From the IMG/VR virus record IMGVR_UViG_3300022689_000130, positions 32,001-96,000 of that record: a stretch of DNA of 64,000 bases; one strand, 5' to 3'. Below, piece after piece: positions 9,333 to 19,459 of the stretch. The notes under the pieces were generated by a model. That model searched no databases. It was given only the letters and a program-made list of their open reading frames with translations, and had not been told where the DNA came from. Both the position numbers and the translations under genes were made by a program. The DNA comes from a virus. Every line of letters begins with the position of its first letter. Position 1 is the first letter of the stretch.

Positions 9333-9581
9333 TTATACCTCAAACATGTCCTCAGTTACTGGTCGCAAAACATAGTCGACACCATATCGTAAGTGTGTCA
9401 GACCTAGTTCTTCATCGCTTTCTAGTTCATCTATCAATGAATCAATATCGGCCTGTGTGGTTGGTTCTGGATATCCGACTATATGCAAACAAACCGCATA
9501 CCCATCTTCTCTTATATTTCCAAATGCGCCTACAAAATGGTTAAATCCATGTTCGCGCAAATAATTTAGTTCATTCAGCAT
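9333..9581 (-). CDS. Hypothetical protein
   Basis: Tightly packed in the uvsX-uvsY operon. Confidence 0.7.
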   Translation of the reverse strand: MLNELNYLREHGFNHFVGAFGNIREDGYAVCLHIVGYPEPTTQADIDSLIDELESDEELGLTHLRYGVDYVLRPVTEDMFEV

Positions 9582-9838
9582 TACTCATCCCAGTCGTCAA
9601 GGTCGTCATCAACTTCATCCAACCCATTCTCCTGGACATATGTGCGCAATGCTTTATCAAACGTATCACATACTCCGTAAAGCTCTGTGCTAGCAATGCT
9701 GAGGTCAACAAGTCCTGCATCGTCAATAGATGTGATGAAGTGTTCTGCTGCGCTGCGCTGGTCCTTGGCAGGTACATAGTTTTTGATGCCCGCCCAGATT
9801 TCAACCAACGCGATTGCTTCATTTGCATGTAGCGTCAT
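9581..9838 (-). CDS. Hypothetical acidic-tailed protein
   Basis: GAGG RBS; operon position. Confidence 0.75.
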   Translation of the reverse strand: MTLHANEAIALVEIWAGIKNYVPAKDQRSAAEHFITSIDDAGLVDLSIASTELYGVCDTFDKALRTYVQENGLDEVDDDLDDWDE

Positions 9839-9847
9839 AGTTACCTC

Positions 9848-10948
9848 TTACTCTGAAGTTTGTTCTTCGGCGTTATTTAGTTCGTCGCCGTCATTTTCGT
9901 CATCTAGCTTGATGTTGTGTTTGTCAAACTCAGCCATGATGGTGTCGAGGCAACCATCTTCGTTGCGTTCCCAATACTTGCGAAACTCTTTAGTGACTTC
10001 GCCAGTGACTGGACTGATGTATTCTAGCTTGTTGCCGGTCTTCTTGAGCAGTTCCTGTGCTTCAAAGAACTCGACAAGACCACTGTATGGGTCCATACCT
10101 GTGTCCCAAGGGATCGCAACCTGAACGCTTTCAAACGGCTTGCTGTAGCGGCTCTTGACGACCTTACATCCTGCACGAATGCCGTGCACTTGTGAGGTCT
10201 TGTTACCATCAGCGTCAACCTTTAGCTTGAGCTTCTTGATAGCGACTACGATACTAGCTGCATAGATCATGCCACTTCCACCTGAGATCTTGTCATCAGG
10301 GTCGAACATGTCTTGGCTTGCATATGTGTGGTTGGTGCACACCATACCAATATTGAGGTCACCAAACATGTTGACGCAGTTGGTGACAAGTGCTTTCAAC
10401 TGACGCGCTTTGCGGCCCATGTCGCCTTTCATGTCACCCTTCTCAAACTGATTGATGTCAGTTGGTGTAAGCAACATTCCCAAACTGTCCACAACGAACA
10501 GAATCTTAGGACGCTCATCTTCGTCTGCGCTGCCATACTCCGCACGGTAGTCTTTGACGAAGTCGCTGATGACTTTTGCAACGTCGTCAATCATTGCCAT
10601 GTTAAGCTTGAGTAGCTTGTTTTCGTCAGTGTCAACACCGAGTGCATGTAACCAGCTTTCGTCCAGTGCATTTTCACTGTCAATAAGCACAACATAGATG
10701 CCTTGCTCTTGAGCGTGGCGCACAAGGTTGCCTGCTGCGATAAAGCTCTTGCCTGCGCCGCTTTCGCCGGCGAGCATGGTAACTTTACCAAGCGGAACGC
10801 CTTTGTGGAAGTCGTTGCTGATGAGTTTGTTGAGTGTGTAGTTACCTGTTGAAATCCAGGTGTCGGGATCACGGAAGCCTACACTTAGTCCCGTGACGCT
10901 TTTTGTAATGCTCTTACGAAATTTGCTGACGTCAAAAGCACGTGCCAT
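9848..10948 (-). CDS. uvsX: RecA-like recombinase UvsX
   Basis: GESGAGKS, LIDSENA, VVDSLG, TNHTY, SGGSG. Confidence 0.95.
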   Translation of the reverse strand: MARAFDVSKFRKSITKSVTGLSVGFRDPDTWISTGNYTLNKLISNDFHKGVPLGKVTMLAGESGAGKSFIAAGNLVRHAQEQGIYVVLIDSENALDESWLHALGVDTDENKLLKLNMAMIDDVAKVISDFVKDYRAEYGSADEDERPKILFVVDSLGMLLTPTDINQFEKGDMKGDMGRKARQLKALVTNCVNMFGDLNIGMVCTNHTYASQDMFDPDDKISGGSGMIYAASIVVAIKKLKLKVDADGNKTSQVHGIRAGCKVVKSRYSKPFESVQVAIPWDTGMDPYSGLVEFFEAQELLKKTGNKLEYISPVTGEVTKEFRKYWERNEDGCLDTIMAEFDKHNIKLDDENDGDELNNAEEQTSE

Positions 10949-11525
10949 TATTCTTTTCCTTTACGTTTGTTCTGCGCATCCCTGCGAGCTTGCGACCAAG
11001 GAATACCTTTTTTAGTTTTACTCATGTTTTCTCGATGTTCGTCTGAAAATTTCATGCCTTTCCTTGCTTCTGATAATTTACGCCGACTATCTGGTCGTTT
11101 CATTGCATTGTTGCGAGACATTTTTAACTTTGTCTCTTCAGTATGCTTCAATCCCAATGTCCATTGGAATTGAATTTGCCCTTTTTAGCCTGAGATACCT
11201 TTGCTGCAACTTCTGGTCTTTTCATTGGATGATCATCGCCTGATAATCTATTACCTTCAAAATTATCTGAAGCTGTATTAATTAGATTGTATGATTTATT
11301 CGATTTGGCTGCATCAAACTCAGTTAAGAGTTTTCTTTCTTCATCCAGATAATTTGGACCTTGGTAGAGAATTTCTCGTTCAAAATTCTCTATGCCATGT
11401 TTTTCAAATGATTGTCGGATTAGAACACCGCTAGCAGTGTAGCCATCATCAGGACTACCTTTGTGTGATCCAATATAACATTTACCGTTTAGTTTATTGG
11501 TCCAGCGATATACAAATCCAGCCAT
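10948..11525 (-). pseudogene. Seg-like GIY-YIG homing endonuclease with NUMOD3 repeats, split by a 1-nt frameshift near 11158
   Basis: GFVYRWTNKLNGKCYIGSH; HPMKRPEVAAKVS; second frame GLKHTEETKLKMS...KFSDEHRENMS. Confidence 0.8.
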
Positions 11526-11542
11526 AATTTCTCCTCACTGCC

Positions 11543-11570
11543 AAAAGGACCGGGCCATTAGGCCCGGTCT
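11543..11570 (-). terminator. Rho-independent terminator after gp32
   Basis: GACCGGGCC-TAAT-GGCCCGGTC followed by CTTTT on the minus strand. Confidence 0.8.
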
Positions 11571-11586
11571 AGGTTTGAGTGTGAAG

Positions 11587-12588
11587 TTAGCCGGCTTCTT
11601 TACGAGCTCGGATTGCTGCAAGAATATCTTTTGCATCCTTGCTGCCCCCAGAAGAGTCAGTTGACGTGTCCACTGGCTGGCTAGCAGTCGTGGTGTCTTC
11701 CTGATCTTCTGAGTCTTCTTCTACGCTTTTAGCCGCGGCAGGTTCAGCCTTGGGGGTGGAATGTACTGAGCGTTCGCTAGCACCTGCATTAGGTGCATCC
11801 ATGCCATATGGACGGTAATAATCTGCAAAACGATCTGGGTCGTAAAGTTCTCCGTCAATGCTTGCTTCAAACATCTGAAAAATAATTTCGAGTTCGTCGG
11901 TCGTAGGTTGCTTTGGTAAGAAGTCGCTAAGTTTGAACAAACCATGTTCGGCAATCGCCTCACGCTCTTCCTGGTCGAGGCTGCGTTCTCTTCGGGCCCA
12001 GGATGAAGTCGTATAATCAGCATACTGTCCCTTTTTGGTCTTTGTGATACGAAAGTCAACACCTTTATCATAATCTGTTGGCATATCATCGCCAAAGTCA
12101 GGATCCATTAATGCATTCTTGATAATGCCATGGATTTGTGTGCTCATTACAAAACGACGAATAGGGTTTTCAGGAGTCTCCTCTTCGGTAAACGCACTGT
12201 TGACAACTAGGCCCTGATAAAGATAGCTGCGCTTCTTCCAGTATTTACGTGCCATATCTTCCATACTTGGATCTTTGAACCAAGGGCGAATTTCTTCGTG
12301 AATCGGACACTTTTGGTTTCCGAACATTTCTATGCAAGGAACCTTAATAGTGATAGGTTTGGATTCATCTCCTCCTTTGATTCCTGAGAAGGATAGATTG
12401 ATCATTTGGCGTTCAACCCAGAAAAAGTCGTTGTTCGGGTCTTCATCTGGAAGGAAACGAACTATTGATGTTTCATTTTCAGGGGTGTTCCAGTGCGGAT
12501 AAATGGCATTATCTTTGGTGTAGTTTTTTCCGCTCTTCCGTTGTTCTTGTTCGAGCAGCTTTGCACGAATTTCTGCGAGTGTTGGCAT
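11587..12588 (-). CDS. gp32: Single-stranded DNA-binding protein (gp32-like)
   Basis: MPTLAEIRAKL, IVRFLPD, C...CPI, YWKKRSY, DFRITK, ADYTTSSW, acidic tail ending ILAAIRARK. Confidence 0.92.
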   Translation of the reverse strand: MPTLAEIRAKLLEQEQRKSGKNYTKDNAIYPHWNTPENETSIVRFLPDEDPNNDFFWVERQMINLSFSGIKGGDESKPITIKVPCIEMFGNQKCPIHEEIRPWFKDPSMEDMARKYWKKRSYLYQGLVVNSAFTEEETPENPIRRFVMSTQIHGIIKNALMDPDFGDDMPTDYDKGVDFRITKTKKGQYADYTTSSWARRERSLDQEEREAIAEHGLFKLSDFLPKQPTTDELEIIFQMFEASIDGELYDPDRFADYYRPYGMDAPNAGASERSVHSTPKAEPAAAKSVEEDSEDQEDTTTASQPVDTSTDSSGGSKDAKDILAAIRARKEAG

Positions 12589-12730
12589 AATTTATCTCCT
12601 ATATTAGTTACTGGATAATCCAGCTCATATTAGCCTATATTAGTTACCGGTAATCCGGTTCATGTTAGTTTTGAGACAAGTAAGCTAAAGCTAACTACTT
12701 GAATATACAAAGGAAACCTCCAAGTGTCAA
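12589..12730 (-). promoter_or_regulatory. gp32 promoter and repeat-containing leader
   Basis: TTGACA(12730-12725)-17 bp-TATATT; leader has repeated AACTAATATAGG units and two small hairpins. Confidence 0.7.
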
Positions 12731-12921
12731 TAACTCATTGATTTCATTGCAATATTATTTATCAATAAGACTCCTTGAACAGCGGATGAATTGTGCCCAT
12801 CGCGATGTTTTTTACACCAAGGTTTTATGGATGTTATCAGCTAGCGGTTGTTCTGTATTTGTTCAATCGCATGTCTAACACGAAGGCTGTGATTCACAGC
12901 CTTCGTGTAAATGCTGATGCT

Positions 12922-15448
12922 TTATATGTCGAAAAGACGTTTGATATTACTATATTGATTAAGGGTTTCGTTGATATTAGTAATTTCTTCTTCATCTATT
13001 CCATTATCTTCGTCAACGGCGTGTTCTTCTGCTACGCGACTCTTCTGACGGATCACGTTGATTGCTGCCGCAGCCATGTTGAGATGCTTTCTACCAACCT
13101 CATGAACGAGGTCGCTGGTCTCCATCATCTTGTTGGCAAGGACGTCATCCTTCATCTTGGGTGCTAGGTAGTTGACCCATGCTGCAATCGCTGTTGCTGG
13201 ATCACGGAATTTACGAGCACCTGGGTTTTCAGGATCGTCTCCGTCGATTGGACGATTAAGAGTGATGTTGTCCTTGTTGTCCATCACATACTTGGCAAAG
13301 TCTATGATGGTTGCTTCCTTGGCTTGTCGTCCGCGCATATTTTCAATTACCCTTGCTACATATGGAAGACTATCTGAGATGCTTTCATCAAAGTAGCTGA
13401 CTGTAACATTGTTTTTCAGTTCGTCAAGCTTTTCTTTATCAACTTGTGCTCTTTCACGGGTGAAAGATTCAAGGTGATGTGCATAGCCTTTGGGACCTGC
13501 AATTTGTTTGAGGTTGGTGCGTAGTTGTGTGACACGGCTGTTAATCTCTTCACCAATCTTTACATCTTCAAAAAAATCGTTGCGGCGATTATGCCGCTGA
13601 AATTTCTTGAGTTCATTTAGCTCGTCCATGGTCTCGTAAATGTATTGACCAAAATCATCATATGGCGTTCCTCCTTCTTTTACGTGACGCGTCATCGCTT
13701 TTGCAGCCGTGATGTTATTAGAAGGAAACTTGAAACGTTCACGATCATGATTTTCGATGTAGATACTCTCGATTTGTCGTGTGCGGGCACCACGCTTTTC
13801 TTCGTCTACGCTGCGTTTGTGACGAACGATCATACGAGCATCTCCTAGTTCGTTAACGCTTTTGCGCTTAGATCCATGCCAGCCCGAAAAACCTTCTTTT
13901 ACTTGCTCAGGGAGTTTTCCAATTGGATATCCTTGGTTGCGCTTCTTATAACGATCCAATGTGTTATACTTATTAGGTTTCACGTGCGGGTGGTTACCTT
14001 TTCGTGATTGCATGGCGTTCTTTCTTTTTTCTCGACTTGCTTGCCCTGCTTTAACACCTTTATCAAAATCGTATTGTGTGCCCATCTGTCTAGGTGATGA
14101 AATAACTTTCTTGGCGCGTTCAATTCCAGATTCTTTATCATGTTGACTAGGGTCAAGACCATAAACCTCTTTATCAATCTTGTCCTGTTTCATCCAGTTT
14201 TTAACATTTTTGGCAGTAGGTTCAGCATTGCCGCGCGCAACCGATGGTTTCGTCATTGCACCCTGTTTCATTGATTTTTGTCTAGGATTTAATTCAGTTA
14301 GTTGCTCATTTTCCCAAATTGATGGAGGATTAGACATACTATAATGGAAAACCATATATCCTGTACCATCAGGCAATTTGCCTTGGTTCACAACATTCCA
14401 ACCGTTTCTTTTCAACATTTTTAATTTATCAAATGCTTCTTGTCCTTTAAGAAGTAACTGATCACCATCTTGTGGCGTTTCTGGAATTTTTCTGAGCATC
14501 CTTGACTCTTTAACCATGATCTGAATCTTCTTTCCATTTGTAGTGTTACGAATCTCACAGTGCTTGCCTGGCTTGACATCCTGATATGCTTCCCACTCGC
14601 CGTCGTTGATCTTTTTCATGATCGCTGCTCGCGTCATCTCTCGTGCTTCATTCATTCCTCTTGATGTGTTACTTCTAATTTCATTACGCATTTGACGAAC
14701 AAATTTTCTTCCTTTATCAGTCAATGAATAGTTTATAAAGTCGTCGAGAGTATTATATGAATCAATTGTTACATATCCATCACGTTCCAAATTATCTACG
14801 ATGTGACGATATTCTGGTTGTGCAGTTCCACCAAATGGATGTGCTGCAAACAATGCATCCAATCTTTTATTGCCGTCTGATGATTCGTTTGTTTTTTGTT
14901 TTCCTGCACCGCGGAAAGGCTTCCCATCGAAGCCAGCATTGTAGAATTTTTTACTAATACCGCCGCCAACTTTAGCTGCATTTCTTTCATATCCACGGGC
15001 AGCGTCTTGTTTACCAATCTTATATGCCCTTTGGTTTTTGCTATCATTATCAGCTAGTGTATTTTCATAATCAGAGGCACTTGATCTTGCTACTGTTTCA
15101 TTTGTTTTTTGTTTTGCCATAAACGCGAAATCCTTTGGTTTTATAGTTTTGCCAAACGTTTTAACCTCAAATTCAATGATGTAACGAGTTGCAACTATGC
15201 GCAATGCGTCAAGCATAGGCTTAATTTCATCAATTTCAGTATTCTTTGATAAGTTAACGATTATTTTGCTGTCAGTCTCATTGACATCAAAATTAACCAT
15301 CATAGAAATATCCTTTACAAAAAAGCGTTGGGCTTCGTCGAGTTTTACTGTCTTTTTTCCTTCGGCAGTAAACAAAACGACAGTATGCCCAAATCCTTTT
15401 AGGATATCGAAAATTTGCTCTGAAACAATTTCAACTGAAGTTACCATA
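12922..15448 (-). CDS. Large modular virion (probably internal head) protein
   Basis: Start MVTSVE after the late promoter AATAAATA; repeated xNE/xKE putative gp21 cleavage sites. Confidence 0.8.
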
Positions 15449-15451
15449 TTA

Positions 15452-15895
15452 CTATTTATTCCATTCGCGTATTTCAACATCAAAATTTTTCGCCTTGATG
15501 CGATCGACTACATGCGACAGGTATTTTTGTCCCATCACAGTTGAACTACTACGCTTAATTGCTTTATTTTGATTTCTAGCATAGTCAACCGCAGCTTGAT
15601 AGAGTTCACTAGCTAATCCGCGATTACGATAATCTTCGTCTACTATAACGTGTTTAAGCCAAAATTCTCTATCGTCATACGGATTCAGCTCTAATGCAAG
15701 ACTAGAAACAACACGCCGTCCATCAAAATGTACCAAATGTATTTCGTTATTCATATCTCCTGGATTCAGATATTGAAGACGATTGAATACATCCGGATTT
15801 GCATCTTCGTTACGATTGATGAACAAATGCAAATCAGCGCCTGCTAGCATGTTCAGACGCAAATCATCATTTTCAAACAGATGGCGATATCTCAT
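15452..15895 (-). CDS. GNAT acetyltransferase with N-terminal capsid-targeting-like tag
   Basis: Motif A VIVDEDYRNRGLASELY; starts MRYRHLFE. Confidence 0.85.
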   Translation of the reverse strand: MRYRHLFENDDLRLNMLAGADLHLFINRNEDANPDVFNRLQYLNPGDMNNEIHLVHFDGRRVVSSLALELNPYDDREFWLKHVIVDEDYRNRGLASELYQAAVDYARNQNKAIKRSSSTVMGQKYLSHVVDRIKAKNFDVEIREWNK

Positions 15896-16983
15896 TACAA
15901 GAATCCTACCGGCATAGGACGTCTTAGATCGGTATCGTCAAAGCTGTCTTTTAAATCATCAAATGCATCCGGATCATAACGTGCTACCTGCATAGCCATT
16001 CGGACTGCTAACAGAGTCGACATAACCAAATCGTCCGTTTCTCCTTCTTTAGCCTTATAGCTATTTCCTTGAGCGACGAATGTTTTAAGTTCACGGGTAA
16101 GATTTTTACTGCGAATTTTCATAGTTCCTTCTTCAACCCATCGTTTTAGTTTTGAGCAGGCAGCAAGCTTTGTTGAATGCGTTGTGTTAAATCCTTTGCG
16201 GAAGCGTCTTACATTACCACGACGTCTTGGTTCGCTAAGAAAGATACCTGGCAAGTTCTCTTCACCCATTTCATCAATAGAAACCAAAGCTGCTTCTCCC
16301 AATGTATTATTTTCTACCGAGTAATAAATTTCACTATTTGGTGCTGCCTCTTCGATTTCTTCCAGTATACTTTTCAAAATTTTAATTTGTCCTTGAATCG
16401 GCGTCTTGTTATGCTGCCACTCACCAATCTGACGCATACTGGGCAGAGCAAAAATTTCGATTGCGGCCGGGTCGCCTCCTGTTCCTAAACTAGGATCAAG
16501 TGCTACCAAATAAGTTTGGTTATCCTGTAGTGTATCATACCATCTAATCTGTCCGGAGCGCCGCATTGGTTCCATTCCCAAATCCATTTCAGAAAGAAAA
16601 ATTGGATTAATAAGCGTTTCATCGAATGCAATGAACTCACAGTTCGAAACAAGAATGTCGTTTCCATAAAATCGATTGCCGTCATCTACTCCAATTAAGT
16701 CGTATACCGGTTCAATTCTTCCTGTATAATCTGCAGATGTAACAGTAAGAGGTTCGCCTAATGCTGAAACTTGATCACCAACAACAAACGTGTCTGCAAA
16801 GCGTTTATTACCATCTACGTCGTAGATTCCATGATTGTCTGTGCATTCAATAAAAGTTCCATTATCAAATTCAATTCGATATATAGGCCGATCACCCATA
16901 GATGCAACACCTTTAAAGTGTTGATATCCATTAGGCGTTAATACTTTTAAATTTTTCTTGTTCTCTTTGAAAATCTGCGTCAT
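15895..16983 (-). CDS. terL: Terminase large subunit C-terminal half (nuclease), fused to split-intein IntC
   Basis: IntC of 114 aa ending ILVSN, then CEFIAFDETLI; ALDPSLGTGGD, VENN, DDLVMS RNase H-like motifs. Confidence 0.92.
   Translation of the reverse strand: MTQIFKENKKNLKVLTPNGYQHFKGVASMGDRPIYRIEFDNGTFIECTDNHGIYDVDGNKRFADTFVVGDQVSALGEPLTVTSADYTGRIEPVYDLIGVDDGNRFYGNDILVSNCEFIAFDETLINPIFLSEMDLGMEPMRRSGQIRWYDTLQDNQTYLVALDPSLGTGGDPAAIEIFALPSMRQIGEWQHNKTPIQGQIKILKSILEEIEEAAPNSEIYYSVENNTLGEAALVSIDEMGEENLPGIFLSEPRRRGNVRRFRKGFNTTHSTKLAACSKLKRWVEEGTMKIRSKNLTRELKTFVAQGNSYKAKEGETDDLVMSTLLAVRMAMQVARYDPDAFDDLKDSFDDTDLRRPMPVGFL
16642..16983 (-). mobile_element. Split intein C-fragment (114 aa)
   Basis: LKVLTPNGYQHFKGV, block B CTDNH, block F VYDL, terminal VSN followed by Cys+1. 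Confidence 0.9.
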
Positions 16984-18010
16984 CTTCTAGTATCCTATAC
17001 GTATATTTATTTTCAAAGAGCCATAATTGAAATCTATAACCTTGATCAATTACTGCATCGCGCTTGCGAAAATTATTGGTTAGTCTTGATTCATATCTCG
17101 GATCTAAGTTGCCATTCCACCACCATACACTTTTCACTTCAATGATTAAGTTTTCAGTTGGAATATAGATGTCTGGGTAATATTTCCATTTGTGTTGATT
17201 GACATTAATATATTCAAATAATGGTAAATTATATTTTGTTTTTCTTTGTCGATTATCAATAATCAATTCATCTTCATTATATTTTTTTAATAATTCATCT
17301 AATACTAGATTTTCATATCCACGAATACCAATTACTTTTCCAGATGGCAGTATGTAATCGCGTCCTTCATTATTTTTCTTTGCTGCTAATTTCTGAGTTT
17401 CTTTGTTAAATGTATTTTCAACTCCATATCGTTTAAAAGTTGTTTTGCGGCGCTTATCATTTATTTCATTCTGCTCTTGAATTGATTTGTTTCGATTCTT
17501 TTCTGCAGATTTTTCCCAACCTGCATAATATTCATTACCATATTTTGCTAATTTCGTTTGTCGCGACTTTTCTTTGTATTCACTTGACTGTGTCGCCCAG
17601 GGCACCCCATATTTTTCTTGAAAAGTTTTTGATGCTTTTTTCTTTTGCCGTTCAATTTGTTCTGGTGTTCGTTTAGCTGCGGCTTTGATCTTATTGATAC
17701 TGTCTTGTTGGCGTTGTTCGTCTGTCCAACCTTGCTTTGTAGCAGCTACAGAAGTGCCTACACATTTGGGATCACCACAGCTATTAGCATATGATTCACT
17801 TTTTTGATAAAATGTCAGAGGCTTCAAACATGAACACAGAGGAGTGATTTGTTTTTCATATATCTCATAATAGTCTTTATATGTGAGATCATGTTTGCGT
17901 AGATGTCTAGTAAATTGTCCGTTTGTTTTGCAGTATGATTGATTGTCAATTTTGCTTGTAATATAGATTGTTTGTTTCATAGTGCTTTCATTTAAATGTT
18001 TCTTCTCCAA
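16931..18010 (-). CDS. Free-standing PD-(D/E)XK homing endonuclease between the intein halves
   Basis: Zn-binding Cys clusters, repeated KYG/RYG motifs, YYPDIYIPTENLIIEVKS; own late promoter GATAAATA overlapping the IntN stop. Confidence 0.8.
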   Translation of the reverse strand: MEKKHLNESTMKQTIYITSKIDNQSYCKTNGQFTRHLRKHDLTYKDYYEIYEKQITPLCSCLKPLTFYQKSESYANSCGDPKCVGTSVAATKQGWTDEQRQQDSINKIKAAAKRTPEQIERQKKKASKTFQEKYGVPWATQSSEYKEKSRQTKLAKYGNEYYAGWEKSAEKNRNKSIQEQNEINDKRRKTTFKRYGVENTFNKETQKLAAKKNNEGRDYILPSGKVIGIRGYENLVLDELLKKYNEDELIIDNRQRKTKYNLPLFEYINVNQHKWKYYPDIYIPTENLIIEVKSVWWWNGNLDPRYESRLTNNFRKRDAVIDQGYRFQLWLFENKYTYRILEDDADFQREQEKFKSINA

Positions 18011-18916
18011 CTATTTATCTATTGTTTCAAACAAATCTCCAATTTCTATTTCATATTCTGTATTTCCGTCACTTATTTTCAAAAGTGTTGCGCTGTTACA
18101 ACACTCGTGCTCACGGCGAAATCTCTCGTCACCAATTTTAGCACGTTCGTTATCAGCCCATTCTTGGTCGCGCTCTGGATGTTGATCCCATTTGACCAAA
18201 TATGGACGAAATCCATTGATGCCTAGTTCTGTTTCATTTCCAAATTCATCAACATTCTTGTTAGCCTGCTTCCAAATCTGAGCAAATTGGTCGTCATCTT
18301 GGTTTGGGGTTGAAGTGATAATACATTTACCACCAGTTGATAATGTTGGTGAAATAGAAGTCCAAAATTCTTGTGCGACACGAGGCGGCACAAATGCAAA
18401 TTCGTCCAAGTAAACTAGTGAAAGCGACAAACCACGGCCAGTATTTTCGGTTGTGGCTTGTGCAACAATTTTGCTGCCGTTATCGAACTCGATGGAGCCT
18501 TTGTTATATGCTGTCACGCCCGCCCTGACATAGTCAGGACAACTCTCATACATATAACGCAGGCGTGTCATGATTTCCTGCGCGCCCTCACGCTTGTGTG
18601 CTGCTACAAGAATTGTGCTGTCTGGCTTGAACATCGCAAACCATAATAGATATGCTGCCGCGCAAGTTGACTTACCTGTCTGACGACTAAGCAAACTGAT
18701 TGAGTATCGATAATCGTTGTAGCTGTTGATCAAGCCTTCTTGATAGTCGAACAGCTTAAAAGGCATGCGACCTTTGGTAGGGTGCTGAATAAAACAGTGG
18801 TTACGGATAAAATGCAGTGGATTAATTGTACAGAGCGCTAACTCCTGCAACTCCGTCTGTGACATCTTTTCCGTTGTATACGGGCGTTTGACTAAGTCTG
18901 TGTTTACAGTATTCAC
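18011..18916 (-). CDS. terL: Terminase large subunit N-terminal half (ATPase), fused to split-intein IntN
   Basis: LFDYQ, SRQTGKST, YLDEFAF, ITSTPN; ends RFRREHE followed by IntN. Confidence 0.93.
   Translation of the reverse strand: MNTVNTDLVKRPYTTEKMSQTELQELALCTINPLHFIRNHCFIQHPTKGRMPFKLFDYQEGLINSYNDYRYSISLLSRQTGKSTCAAAYLLWFAMFKPDSTILVAAHKREGAQEIMTRLRYMYESCPDYVRAGVTAYNKGSIEFDNGSKIVAQATTENTGRGLSLSLVYLDEFAFVPPRVAQEFWTSISPTLSTGGKCIITSTPNQDDDQFAQIWKQANKNVDEFGNETELGINGFRPYLVKWDQHPERDQEWADNERAKIGDERFRREHECCNSATLLKISDGNTEYEIEIGDLFETIDK
18014..18103 (-). mobile_element. Split intein N-fragment (30 aa)
   Basis: CCNSATLLKISDGNTEYEIEIGDLFETIDK then stop; block A-like. Confidence 0.88.
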
Positions 18917-18919
18917 ACC

Positions 18920-19459
18920 TTACTCCTGAGGAAGGTGGACCCTCGCATAATAGTCTGCTTCTTCAAGAGCACGATAAAGATCTTCAAGTGCCTTGCGGAC
19001 TTCATGCAAGCCTGATGGATCTCCACCAATTGACTTGATTGACTTCTCCATAAACCCACCACGCTTGTAGGTATTTTCTAGACGCTCAACCAATTCCATG
19101 TGCTTACCCATATGCTGTTGAATGCCTTCGCCAGTAGCTTCATTTACACGGTTTTCTGGAAATGCCTCTGATACTTTGTGTTGTGGATCATGACGATCTT
19201 CCATACCTGGCTTAAATTCAAATTCATCACCATCGTCACCTACTGCATACCAAGCACCTTCAGTCCAATCACCACTGTCAGTTAGTGGTTTTCCTTCTTC
19301 CCATTCAAGATTCCAACCAAGGCCACGATAGGTAATACTGTCACCTTCAGTGTAAGTGCCATCTGTCCATTTATCATCAACCATTTGTGCTCGAGACATT
19401 TTTTCACAGATTGCTACTCGAGGCAATCCAGCTAGTTCACGTAGACGACGACTTGACAT
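18920..19459 (-). CDS. Putative internal head protein
   Basis: N-terminal LRELAGL; internal VSE/VNE sites. Confidence 0.7.
   Translation of the reverse strand: MSSRRLRELAGLPRVAICEKMSRAQMVDDKWTDGTYTEGDSITYRGLGWNLEWEEGKPLTDSGDWTEGAWYAVGDDGDEFEFKPGMEDRHDPQHKVSEAFPENRVNEATGEGIQQHMGKHMELVERLENTYKRGGFMEKSIKSIGGDPSGLHEVRKALEDLYRALEEADYYARVHLPQE

Noticed and set aside
12600-12670. Repeats upstream of gp32 as a mini-CRISPR
   Set aside because: Units are only ~12 bp, there are no unique 30-40 bp spacers and no cas genes
16984-18013. Group I intron interrupting terL
   Set aside because: The insert is fully occupied by an ORF with no room for a ribozyme core, and the flanks are clear intein halves
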